Below, piece by piece: positions 13,198 to 25,482 of a DNA stretch of 64,000 nucleotides. The stretch comes from Octopus vulgaris (Eukaryota), in NCBI GenBank assembly GCA_951406725.2, contig OX597833.1, positions 29,574,001 to 29,638,000 of the forward strand, in the 5' to 3' direction. A model generated the notes under the pieces. The model was not told the DNA's origin, searched no databases, and saw nothing but the letters and a program-made list of their open reading frames with translations. The position numbers and the translations under genes are program-made. How positions within the stretch are numbered: position 1 is the stretch's first letter; the number at the start of each line of letters is the position of its first letter.

Positions 13198-16087
13198 GAA
13201 ATAGAAGGGGGTATAGCTCCTTTAACGAAATAGAAGGGGGTATAGCTACACATGGGGTAGAAGACAACTGGACGCTACTAAGGGACAACTTGCTGAAAGC
13301 CACTAACCAGATCTGTGGCTGGTGTAAAGTCCCCTCAAGACCCAAAATAGTGGAACAATATTGTTGACAGGGCTATTAGACAAAAGAAACAGGCTTGGAA
13401 GGACTGGAAGAACGGTGGTAGCAGGGAAGTGTATCAGACTGCCAGAAGGGAAGCTAGGAGGCAGGTGTATATAGCCAGAGGGGAAGCAGATAAGAAAAAA
13501 TTTGCCAATGTTCTGCGCCGTGAGGATGAAAGACTTGAGGTATTTCGTGTTGCAAGACAGTGTGTGAGAGAGAATCGTGACGTGGTAGGAGAGAAATGTG
13601 TTCGCAGGGATGATGGTTCACTTGCGCTAAATGAGGATGCAAAGAGAGAGGTTTGGAGATGCCACTATGAAAGGTTGCTGAATGAGGAAAATGAATGGGA
13701 TAAAGAGAGTCTGCCGAATGTCGACCCAACAGAGGGACCAGCAAACCGAGTTGACAGTTCCTTAGTAGTTAAGGCAATTACAAGCATGAAAACAGAGAAA
13801 GCCCCAGGCCCATCAGGAATTACTGCAGAGATGCTCAAAATATCTGGTAGTGTCAGCTATAGCCTAGTCACTCGTATAGTTAACCAGGTGATAACACGAA
13901 GGAGTCATACCCAATGACTGGTGTAGCGGCATAATAGTCAACTGCTACAAAGGTAAAGGTGACGCCCTAGATACAAATAACTACAGGGGTATCAAGCTGT
14001 TGGATCAGGTAATGTAGGTTATGGAGAGGGTTATAGCCCAACTAATTAGAGAGAGAGTTAACTTAGATGAGATGCAGTTTGGGTTCGTGCCAGGAAAAAG
14101 TACTACTGATGCGATATTCCTGGTAAGACAGCTGCAGGAGAAATACCTACCCAAAGATAAGCCCCTGTACCTGGCTTTTGTTGACATGGAGAAAGCCTTC
14201 GACAGGGTCCCCCGATCCCTTATCTGGTGGTCAATGAGGAAACTAGGGATAGATGAATGGTTAGTGAGAGCTGCACGAGTCATGTACAGGGATGTTGCTA
14301 GTAAGGTGAGGGTTGGCAACGAGTACAGTGAAGAATTCCGGGTAGAGGTTGGGGTCCACCAAGGTTCAGTCCTCAGTCCCCTCCTATTTATCATAGTCCT
14401 CCAGGCAATAACGGAGGAATTCAAGACAGGATGCCCCTTGGAGCTCCTCTATGCTGATGACCTTGCTCTAATTACTGAGTCACTATCAGAACTGGAGGAG
14501 AAGTTTCAGGTGTGGAAGCAAGGATTAGAATCGAAGGGCCTTAGAGTCAACCTAGCTCAAACCAAAGTCCTAATAAGTAGGAAGGTAGACCAATCACAAA
14601 CGCCTTCAGGTAGATGGCCCTGCTCGATCTGTAAAAAAGGTGTAGGTAGAAACTCTATAAGGTGTACCAAGAGTAAGCTATGGACACATAGGAGGTGCAG
14701 CAATGTCAAAGGAAGGCTAACTAGGAAAATAGTTTTTGTCTGTGGCAGATGCTCAGGAGCAATAAACACTGAAAATGTGCAGACACCAACTTCTACCACA
14801 TTCCAGGGAGAAAAACTAGAAGTAGCTGATAGCTTCGCTACCTAGGTGACCAAGTCAGTAGCAGGGGTGGGTGTGTTGAAAGTGTAACTGCTAGAGTAAG
14901 AATAGCTTGGGCAAAGTTTAGAGAGCTCTTGCCCCTGCTGGTGACAAAGGGCCTCTCGCCCAGAGTAAAAGGCAGGCTGTATGATGCATGTGTACATACA
15001 GCCATGCTACATGGTAGTGAAATATGGGCTGTGACTGCTGAGGATATGCGTAAGCTTGCAAGAAATGAAGCCAGTATGCTCCGATGGATGTGTAATGTCA
15101 GTGTTCATAATCGACAGAGTGTAAGTACCTTGAGAGAAAAGTTGGACCTAAAAAGCATTAGTTGTGGTGTGCAAGAGAGACGTTTGCGCTGGTATGGTCA
15201 TGTGACGGGAATGGCTGAAGAAAGTTGTGTGCAAAAGTGCCACACCCTAGCAGTTGAGGGAACCTGTGGAAGAGGTAGACCCAGGAAAACCTGGGACGAA
15301 GTGGTGAAGCACAACCATCGAAATTTAGGTCTCACTAAGGAAATGACTAGAGATCGAGACCAATGGAAGTATGCTGTGCGTGAGAAGACCCGGCAAGACT
15401 AGTGAGACCATAACCCGTGGCCTCTACCTGGTATGTAGCCAGTCGACTTATACATACCTTTCCTTCTTGGGAGACAAAACTCCACTTGTGAAGACCCGTT
15501 GAGGCTAGTGAAAATCAAAATCAAACCAAATCAAATCAGATATCAGAAAGCAGAACCAAAATCGAAGCCGATCAACATCAATGGAAATTGCAGCTTTGAT
15601 ACCAGTGCCGGTGACAAGTAAGCGAACCATCCGATCGTGGCCTCCGTGCGGGTAGCACGTAAAAAGCACCATCCGTTCGTGGCCGTTGCCAGCCTAGCCT
15701 GGCCCCCGTGCCGGTGGCACGTAAAAAGCACCATCCGTTCGTGGCTGTTACCAACCTCGCCTGGCCCCCGTGCTGGTGGCACGTAAAAAGCACCATCCGT
15801 TCGTGGCTGTTGCCAACCTCGCCTGGCCCCCATGCCGGTGGCATGTAAAAAGCACCATCCATCCGTGGCCGTCTGCCAGCTACGTCTGGCACCTGTGCGT
15901 GTGGCACGTAAAAAGCACCGACTACACTCTCGGAGTGGTTGGCATTAGGAAGGGCATCCAGCCGTAGAAACACTGCCATATCAGACTGGGCCTGAAGCAG
16001 CCTTCTGGCTTCACAGACCCCAGTTGAACTGTCCAACACATGCTAGCATGGAAAGCGGACGTTAAATGATGATGATGATTATGATGA
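13198..16087 (+). mobile_element. RTE LINE, 5'-truncated, RT region plus full 3' UTR
   Basis: QFGFVPGKSTTDAIF, FVDMEKAFDRVP, GVHQGSVLSPLLF, LLYADDLAL, RLRWYGHV, GRPRKTW; frameshifts and stops; six 3' UTR repeat units; (GAT)n then (TA)n. Confidence 0.95.
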
Positions 16088-16112
16088 TATATATATATAT
16101 ATATATATACGT

Positions 16113-16167
<55 letters not shown>

Positions 16168-16301
16168 TAAATTAGAGATAAAACCACTATTAGGCAAATC
16201 AAACAGTGAAAAACATAAGCCAATGCATAAAATTAATTTAATTTATATTATTTTAAATATATATCAAAAGTATTAAAAGTTTAATAAAAGATAAAGAGTA
16301 A

Positions 16302-16396
16302 AACACTACGATCGTTTCATGGCTGTACCAATTCGAATAACAATAATTTAAATTCAATTAATAATTCGAGTTATGGTTACAGTCAATCTTCAGGTT
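16302..16396 (-). ncRNA. Type I hammerhead motif with long stem II
   Basis: AAC-CUGAAGA-U-UGACUGUAACCA..UCGAAU..AUUCGA..UGGUACAGCCA-U-GAAA-CGAUCG-UA-GUGUU; palindromic stem III; weak stem I. The 3' half is repeated inverted at 20787-20817. Confidence 0.75.
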
Positions 16397-16678
16397 AATT
16401 GAAATATTTAAAAAATAATCAGAAATATTTAAACAATATTTTTAAGATATAAATAATATAATAGCAATAATAATTCTCTAAACGAGATATAGACAGTAAC
16501 TACTCCATAACAAAAGGGACATTAGCCATTTGAATGTGGCTAGGGACAGGGCAGGGCAGTGGGGGTGTTACTGATGCATTTAGCCCCAGGCGATCATCAA
16601 CGTCACCAGATAGGCTGACACCATCACGGTGTCCTCTATCCTGCAAAGGGAGATCATTCCCCGAAGAAGCGGATGCCA

Positions 16679-16723
16679 CATACGGACCCAGGTTTCGAGG
16701 TGTTTGCCTCTCGTCAACGTATG
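16679..16723 (-). ncRNA. Type I hammerhead motif (U3 variant) in GC-rich module copy A
   Basis: CAUACG-UUGACGA-GAGG(CAAACA)CCUC-GAAA-CCUGGG-UC-CGUAUG. Confidence 0.75.
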
Positions 16724-17120
16724 GTAGGCACCGCCCCTCGACGAACGACTCTCTGTGCAGGATATTTATATATAGATTTTCACGTAAATACATTTACTGA
16801 TTTCGAAAATCTGTTCTGCTTCTTCGGGGAATGATCTCCCTTTGCAGGATAGAGGACACCGTGATGGTGTCAGCCTATCTGGTGACGTTGATGATCGCCT
16901 GGGGCTAAATGCATCAGTAACACCCCCACCGCCCTGCCCTGTCCCTAGCCACATTCAAATGGCTAATGTCCCTTTGGTTATGGAGCAGTTACTGTCTATA
17001 TCTCGTTTAGAGAATTATTATTGCTGTCGAACAGATTTTCGAAATCAGTAAATGTATTTACGTGAAAATCTATATATAAATATCCTGCACAGAGAGTCGT
17101 TCGTCGAGGGCGGTGCCTAC

Positions 17121-17165
17121 CATACGTAGACGAGAGGCAAACACCTCGAAACCTGGGTCCGTATG
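17121..17165 (+). ncRNA. Type I hammerhead motif in GC-rich module copy C (core mutated)
   Basis: CAUACG-UAGACGA-GAGG(CAAACA)CCUC-GAAA-CCUGGG-UC-CGUAUG. Confidence 0.65.
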
Positions 17166-19514
17166 TGGCATCCGCTTCTTCGGGGAATGATCTCCCTTTG
17201 CAGGATAGAGGACACCGTGATGGTGTCAGCCTATCTGGTGACGTTGATGATCGCCTGGGGCTAAATGCATCAGTAACACCCCCACCGCCCTGCCCTGTCC
17301 CTAGCCACATTCAAATTGCTAATGTCCCTTTTGTTATAATAATATAATAATTTTACTTATAATAAACTCTATTATCAAACTAGAAACATAAAACTTAACA
17401 ATTATGATTATATCAAAATCGACTATAATGTTAAATATTAATTTTAATTTATAAGGTAGGAAACCCACCAATAATCTAATATCGGTAATAATCTATATCT
17501 AATTACATAAATATTTAAAAATGACTATTATATATAAATTATCAATGAAAATATATAAATGTATATAAATATTATAATTAAGATCTAAAATAATCTTTAT
17601 AAATAAATATATATACACTTATATAAAAACCTAATAAATTAATTTTTCATATTTAAAGATGAAATAGCTAATTTCAAAAATACAAATAAAGAAACTTAAA
17701 CGAACTTTCGGAAATCTTATGTGTAATACTTATAGAAATAATCAATTCGTAGTAATATAGTATCGAATAAATACTATAAATACTATAAATATAATTATCA
17801 ATGGGAATAACTAGCGAATATCAATTTAAAAAGACAATAACTAAGTTATGCTATTAAATTAGACATGGCCTGGACCAATCTTTAGTCGAAACATATCTAA
17901 GTTTATCAAAGTTTATCTAATTTAATTATAAGAAATATAAAACTACAATTAATCCTATTAAAACATGTATATACAAAAGCCTAACTTTATACACCTCGTA
18001 TACTTGCTATCAAACAACAAATCTATCGCTAAGTAGTATCTTACGAATAAACTTAAATTTAATATCTAATAATATAGAAAATTACGATAATTAGATCATT
18101 ACATAAACAACGATATTTACATAAAGAAAATATTATTACACCAAAGACTTATAAAATATTAAAATTTACAATTTGAAGATCTTAAATATAAATAAATACT
18201 TATCTTAGCCAGGTTTAGTAATGAACTAAATTTTTGAATCGGAAAACGTCTGTACAGCGTTTATAAGAATACTCGTGGAATTACGTTATTAGCAAAAAAA
18301 TAATAAATTGTTGAAAAATTCATTAAGCGTGAGGAACATATGCTTTATCAATGAGATTGTGAATAGGAACATTAATGGTTTATCAGTGTAAATAGAATGA
18401 AGTCACAAATAAAGAATAAAATCTCTCTATACTATAATATTTATTAATAAAATAACTATGATAAATAATACTTAATACAAAATAAATTAAATAATTTAAA
18501 TGATTAAAAACCACTAATTATTAAATATATTCTAAAAATCTTATATGATTAATAAATATATATTTTTATATAGTAACCCCTTATCATACTATAAAGTCTT
18601 TCCCCAAGCTAAAATTAGTGATCATAACCAAATCTATAAAATACTTATCAAAAATTTGCAGTATAACTATACATACGTATACATAAATATATAAAAATAT
18701 ACATACATATACATATATATATATATATACATATATATATACATATATATATATATACATATATATACATATACATATACACATACATACACACATACAT
18801 ACACACATACATACATATACATATATACACACATATATACACACACATACACACATACGCATATGCACTCACATACATACAATACTCAATATATACACAT
18901 ACACCTATATACACCCCCCCACACACATAAATAAATGTATATACATATACATATATATACACGCACATCAACATATACACATATATACATACACACACAA
19001 ACACATATATCATATAATAAATACGTATATAAATGTCTATATTCATACTACAATACAAAAATAGAGGTAAACATTAAGTTTAATCTAAATAGTTAATCTA
19101 CTAATCTATACTTCTATATTAAATAAAATAGATTAAATAAACAACTAAATAAATCTATTTCAAATATAAAGAGATTACATACAAATAGATTAATATAACA
19201 CAATTATAATTTAACGAAATTATAACAGAAATATAACAAAATATATAAACTTAACTTTATTATAAGATAAATAAAATTGTAACTTACCAGACTCTATATT
19301 CAATAAACCATTAAATATTTATTAAAAAATATATTTAGTAATAAAATATTTAGTAATAAAATAAACAACTATATATAATCTAACTATAATTAAAAACAGA
19401 AACTAAATAACTAAAATAAACTAATATAATAAGTACTACAAATCACCTGCTATATTTAGAATACTATTACATAAATCAACAAATAAGGAGCTAATTAAGG
19501 CTAAGAAATATTCA

Positions 19515-20780
19515 TTATTTATCAAGAAATTTATTATATAAGTAAAGTAACTTGTGTCTGCATTTTATTTTGCGCTCATCCCAGGTATTCACTAAATTAT
19601 CATGCTTATAAAATAAAATTTCCATAAACTCATTTGAACATAAATAACAAAAATTCCCTCCTATACTATATGATTTAGCCTTACTAATTATTTCCCAAGA
19701 TAAATTATAATTAATATTTTGGGATTTAAGTCCCCAAATGTACTTGCTAAGTCCAGTGGAGTTAATTAAGTTTTTATTTTTAAATGAATGCATATGCTGT
19801 GCGATTCTTAATTTTATTTTAGAGGAAGTGGACCCTATATATATCGCGTTTGAGTTATTATTACTCTTATTATTCTCATCATGTAATGTAACTATACATT
19901 TATACACTACATCGTTAATATCACATTTATTATTTAATTTGAATTTAGTTTTATCTCTACATGTACAGTTAATTAGTGTCTTATCTTTTTTATTATTGGT
20001 ATTATTATATAATTTATTTTTATAAAAATTATTCAGTTTAAATTTGTTAAAAGAAGAAATAATGTTACCTACACTATTAGTGGTAGAATAACCTACTCCA
20101 AAATTATTACTAGAGAAAATGTTTTTATATTTACGATTATCTCAAATAAATAGTTCAATAATATCTAAAATCTCTTTAATAATGTTCGTTTTAACTTGAG
20201 CACCATAAGGAGCTATTAACCAAATTTTATTCTTATTTTCTTTCTTCTTATTATTAAAACTGTCATTATTATTATTACCATTATTATTATTATATTTCTT
20301 TATCATATTATTATTATTATTATTAAATTTAAATTTATAATTAACATTTAAAGAATTATTAAAGTTATTATTTTTATTTTTATTTTTATTCTTATTTTTA
20401 TTTATATTATTTTTATTTTTATAATTTCTAAGATTATTACCAATATTACTAACAAAATTATTATAATTATTATTAATATTTTTATCTGTAATATTAATAG
20501 TTTTATCTTTATTTTTAATAAAAAAATTAATATTACTATTATAACCTGCCTCTCTAAGGGCCTCATTGTAATAAGGAGCATGTTTATTAAAAATCTCTAA
20601 ATCATAAGAAAGTAATGATATACGTTTACTTATATTATTAATCAACGTTTTTTAATTGATGGTGGGTGATTACTATTAACATTTATACATCTAAGGTTCT
20701 CATTAAGTTTATGATATGGTTGTGTTTTACCTGTAATTAGATTAAAATTAACATCTAAATAATTAACATTAAAATTCTCA
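19515..20780 (-). pseudogene. PLE RT C-terminus plus GIY-YIG endonuclease (C-terminal EN, CxC linker; possibly Hydra clade)
   Basis: NYLDVNFNL, SNHPPSIKK, SKRISLLS..FNKHAPYYNEAL..GY, IWLIAPY, INCTCR, VVYKC..YIGST..KLRIAQH..CYLCSNE. ORFs 20142-20645 and 19515-19907 are in the same frame with one TGA between them. Clade assignment is from recall only. Confidence 0.88.
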
Positions 20781-21041
20781 TTATATATTGGTACAGCCAT
20801 GAAACGATCGTAGTGTTTTACTCTTTATCTTTTATTAAACTTTTAATACTTTTGATATATATTTAAAATAATATAAATTAAATTAATTTTATGTATTGGC
20901 TTATGTTTTTCACTGTTTGATTTGCCTAATAGTGGTTTTATCTCTAATTTAATATAATATAATATATTTATACTATAAAATTGGATTTAATCCTAAATCT
21001 GATTTTTCCCTGTAAGTTTGGATTTATTCCCTAATATTTTA

Positions 21042-21095
<54 letters not shown>

Positions 21096-21126
21096 ATCAA
21101 AATAAAAACATGATGCCAAGGATTCA

Positions 21127-21204
21127 GCGGTACATATGTTTCGGGCCTTTATTAGACAGATTTATAACAATGCATAATGTATGTCTGTGGCCTTCTTCAG
21201 CCGC
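21127..21204 (-). ncRNA. Type I hammerhead ribozyme motif, canonical core
   Basis: GCGG-CUGAAGA-A-GGCC..ACAGA..UCUGU..GGCC-C-GAAA-CAUAUG-UA-CCGC. Confidence 0.85.
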
Positions 21205-22085
21205 GCACAACAGCTTCCACAAGGACATGTGTTACATCAAAAATTCTTGGTTGGGGATGCAAATCCTCTCATTCGCGTACGACATAATGCGGCAACAGCA
21301 TAGAATTGAAGCGTCCATCTCTTTCTTCTCTTAATGTAGAATGAGGAAATTTGGATGTTGAAGTAATGTAAATAAATTAATAAATAAATACATATATAGA
21401 CGTTGGGGACCTAGTGTATTGGGGACCTAGTGTATTGTAAATCAGAGCTGTTGAGTAGTTAATCTAGTTCCTCAACAGCTCTGATTTACAATACACTAGG
21501 TCCCCAGACGCTCCTGTTGATTTATTGACACCCAAAGCTTCTACAACTAAATTTTGTCATTTTCCTGACCACCATGTTTGGTCCGTAACCTCTATACATC
21601 CCTTATCTTTATATTTTTTTACATTTTTATCAATTTTATTCCTATTTTTATTTTTTTACTTTTATTTCTATTTCTATTTTTACTTTATAACCTTATGCCT
21701 TTATATTCATTTATATTTTTTATATTCTTTATATCCCCTTTATATCTCCTTATATCTCTTTATATCTTTATACTCTACATTTTTATATTTTTCTATACTT
21801 ACACTTTTTATATATTTTTTATCCTTCGTCCTGAATTCTCGCCCCTCCATCTTTACCCCTATTTACTCTTATTACCAGGTTCCTTCACGTCTATATATGT
21901 ATTTATTTATTAATTTATTTACATTACTTCAACATCCAAATTTCCTCATTCTACATTGAGAGAAGAAAGAGATGGACGCTTCAATTTTATGCTGTTGCTG
22001 CATTATGTCGTACGCGAATGAGAGGATTTGCATCCCCAACCAAGAATTTTTGATGTAACACATGTCCTTGTGGAAGCTGTTGTGC

Positions 22086-22163
22086 GCGGCTGAAGAAGGC
22101 CACAGACATACATTATGCATTGTTATAAATCTGTCTAATAAAGGCCCGAAACATATGTACCAC
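22086..22163 (+). ncRNA. Type I hammerhead ribozyme motif, canonical core
   Basis: GCGG-CUGAAGA-A-GGCC...GGCC-C-GAAA-CAUAUG-UA-CCAC (one stem I mismatch). Confidence 0.8.
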
Positions 22164-22268
22164 TGAATCCTTGGCATCGTGTTTTTATTTTGATCAATTT
22201 ACTCCACCACCTACACCACCAAACGGTATACACAGGTGCTTATAATTATCAAGTACTCACCCCGAATT

Positions 22269-22627
<359 letters not shown>

Positions 22628-22630
<3 letters not shown>

Positions 22631-24715
22631 TGCTCAAAATATCTGGTAGTGTTGGCTATAGCCTAGTTGCCCGTATAGTTAACCAGGTGATAAACGAAGG
22701 AGTCATTCCCAATGACTGGTGTAGCAGCATAATAGTCAACTGCTACAAAGGTAAAGGTGACGCCCTAGATACAAATAACTACAGGGGTATCAAGCTGTTG
22801 GATCAGGTAATGAAGGTTATGGAGAGGGTCATAGCCCAACTAATTAGAGAGAGAGTTAGTTTAGATGAGATGCAGTTTGGGTTCGTGCCAGGGAAAAGTA
22901 CTACTGATGCGATATTCCTGGTAAGACAGCTGCAGAAGATATATCTAGCCAACGATAGGCCCCTGTACCTGGCTTTTGTTGACATGGAGAAAGCCCTCGA
23001 CAGGGTCCCCCAATCCCTTATCTGGTGTTCAATGAGGAAACTAGTGATAGATGAATGGTTAGTGAGAGCTGTGCGAGCCATGTACAGGGATGCTGCTAGT
23101 AAGGTGAGGGTTGGCAATGAGTACAGTGAAGAATTCCGGGTAGAGGTTGGGGTCCACCAAGGTTCAGTCCTCAGCCCCCTCCTATTTAGCATAGCCCTCC
23201 AGGCAATAACGGAGGAATTCAAGACAGGATGCCCCTTGGAGCTCCTCTATGCTGATGACCTTGCTCTAATTACTGAGTCACTATCAGAACTAGAGGAGAA
23301 GTTTCAGTTGTGGAAGCAAGGGTTAGAATCGAAGGGCCTTAGAGTCAACCTAGCTAAAACCAAAGTCCTAATAAGTAGGTAGGTAGACCAATCACAAACG
23401 CCTTCAGGTAGATGGCCCTGCTCGATCTGTAAAAAAGGTGTAGGTAGAAACTCTATAAGGTGTACCAAGTGTAAGCTATGGACACATAAGAGGTGCAGCA
23501 GTGTCAAAGAAAGGCTAACTAGGAAAATAGTTTTTGTCTGTGGCAGATGCTCAGGAGCAATAAACACTGAAAATGTGCAGAGACCAACTTCCGCCACATT
23601 CCAGGGAGAAAAACTAGAAGTAGTTGATAGCTTCCGCTACCTAGGTGACCAAGTCAGTAGCAGGGGTGGGTGTGTTGAAAGTGTAACCGCTAGAGTAAGA
23701 ATAGCTTGGGCAAAGTTCAGAGAGCTCTTACCCCTGCTGGTGACAAAAGGCCTCTCACTCAGAGTAAAAGGCAGACTGTATGATGCATGTGTACGTTCAG
23801 CCATGCTACATGGTAGTGAAACATGGGCTGTGACTGCTGAGGATATGCGTAAGCTTGCAAGAAATGAAGCCAGTATGCCCCGATGGATGTGTAATGTCAG
23901 TGTTCATACTCGGCAGAGTGTAAGTACCTTGAGAGAGAAGTTGGACCTAAGAAACATCAGTTGTGGTGTGCAAGAGAGATGTTTGCGCTGGCATGGTCAT
24001 GTGACTAGAATGGATGAAGATAGTTGTGTGAAAAAGTGCCACACCCTAGCAGTTGAGGGAACCTATGGAAGAGGTGGACCCAGGAAAACCTGGGACGAGG
24101 TGGTGAAGCATGACCTTCGAACTTTAGGTCTCACCAAGGAAATGACTAGAGACTGAGACTTTTGGAAGTATGCTGTGAGTGAGAAGACCCAGCAGGACAA
24201 ATGAGACCCATGGCCTCTACCTGGGATATAGCCAGTCGACTTATGCACACCTTTCCTTCTTGGGACATAAAACTCTACTTGTGAAGACCTGTTGAGGCAA
24301 GTGAGAATCAGAATCAAAATCGAAATCGATCAACATCAATGGAAATTGTAGCTGTGATACCAGTGCCTGTGGCACGTAAGCGAACCATTCGAACGTAGCC
24401 ATCCGAACGTGGCTCGTAAAAAGCACCATCCGATCATGGCCGTTGCCAGCCTCGCCTGCACCCCCACCCCCGTGCCGGTGGCACATAAAATGCACAATAT
24501 GACCGTGGCCGTTTGCCAGCCCCGTCTGGCACGTAAAAAGCACCCACTACGCTCACGGAGTGGTTGGCATTAGGAAGGGCACCCAGCCGTAGAAACATTG
24601 CCAGATCAGACTGGGCCTGGTGCAGCCTTCTGGCTTCCCAGACCCCAGTTGAACCGTTCAACCCATGCTAGCATGGAAAGCGGACACTAATTGATGATGA
24701 TGATGATGATGATGA
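22628..24715 (+). mobile_element. RTE LINE, 5'-truncated
   Basis: ORFs 22630-23382 and 23575-24156 (YADD, RYLG, GPRKTW); 3' UTR; (GAT)n then (TA)n. Confidence 0.95.
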
Positions 24716-24939
24716 TATATATATATATACATAATATATATATACATTATATATATATACATTATATATATATGTATGTGTGTGTGTGTGTGTGTGTGTA
24801 TGCATGAATATATGTGAGATAATAGTTTCAGTATTAATAGTAAAAGTATTAAACTGAAAGTATTTCACATTATAACAGAGATGATATTGTTGCACTTTTG
24901 ACATGTAATACTGAAATAGTAAGAGATAAAAGATTGCTC

Positions 24940-25102
24940 CAGGCTCACATTAGTCAAGTAGTTGAAAATTTTTTTGGCCCATGACACTGCATTGACCCTA
25001 AGTAAGGCATGTATAAAATTTGAAATCTGTTGGGTAGTTCTCAAGTTTTAGTGATGCACACAGAGAGACAGACAGACTCACATTCTCAGTTTATATATAG
25101 AT
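24940..25102 (-). mobile_element. Possible non-autonomous Helitron 5' fragment
   Basis: Ends ...ACAGACAGAC..TTTATATATAGAT on +, organised like the end of the Helitron at 28190-28349. Confidence 0.4.
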
Positions 25103-25482
25103 ATATATATATATATAGAGAGAGAGAGATATAAAGAGAGAGCCTGAGAGAGAGAGAGAGTGAGAAAGATACACTAGCAATTTATAACATGATCATATGA
25201 TGTAGTGAATGACTGTATGTGTGTGTATTAGCACATTAATAATGAGGTGAATGAAAAGTTACATGAATGAATAAGAGAAATCCTTGTTTTTGATTTATCA
25301 TGTGTATGTTGTTAAAAGTTGTACTGGATATGCCCATCCAATGAGAAACTACAGAGTTGTGTGAGAAAGTTCTTTTATTTTTCATGCAGTGATTTAGTTG
25401 TGGACAGGTTCTATAGTTATGTGAAGATGAGAAAAAATGACAGAGAAAGAGTGAGAAAGACAGAGAATGAATGCATCTGTCC

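Larger units (their letters stand above)
16164..21043. mobile_element. Complex Penelope-like insertion with tandem and inverted pLTR copies
   Basis: 16164-16332 and 20787-20956 are near-perfect inverted repeats; a GC-rich module is present three times (16460-17336); RT C-terminus plus GIY-YIG on the minus strand; (TA)n on both flanks. Confidence 0.85.

Noticed and set aside
11759-13204. 481-aa ORF, the longest in the track
   Set aside because: An RTE fragment read through stop-free TG/TA microsatellites and a 3' UTR; not a gene.
14005-14424. Recurrent 139-aa antisense ORF (also 22803-23222, 34923-35342)
   Set aside because: Shadow frame of the conserved RT region; recurrence reflects copy similarity only.
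15600-15925. Repeat-spacer pattern resembling a CRISPR array
   Set aside because: Part of the RTE 3' UTR, spacers are related to each other, eukaryotic context, no cas genes.
17340-19500. Extremely AT-rich tract as organellar insertion or coding region
   Set aside because: No recognisable mitochondrial genes or sustained ORF; it lies within the PLE boundaries. A decayed PLE N-terminus is possible but not supportable by eye.
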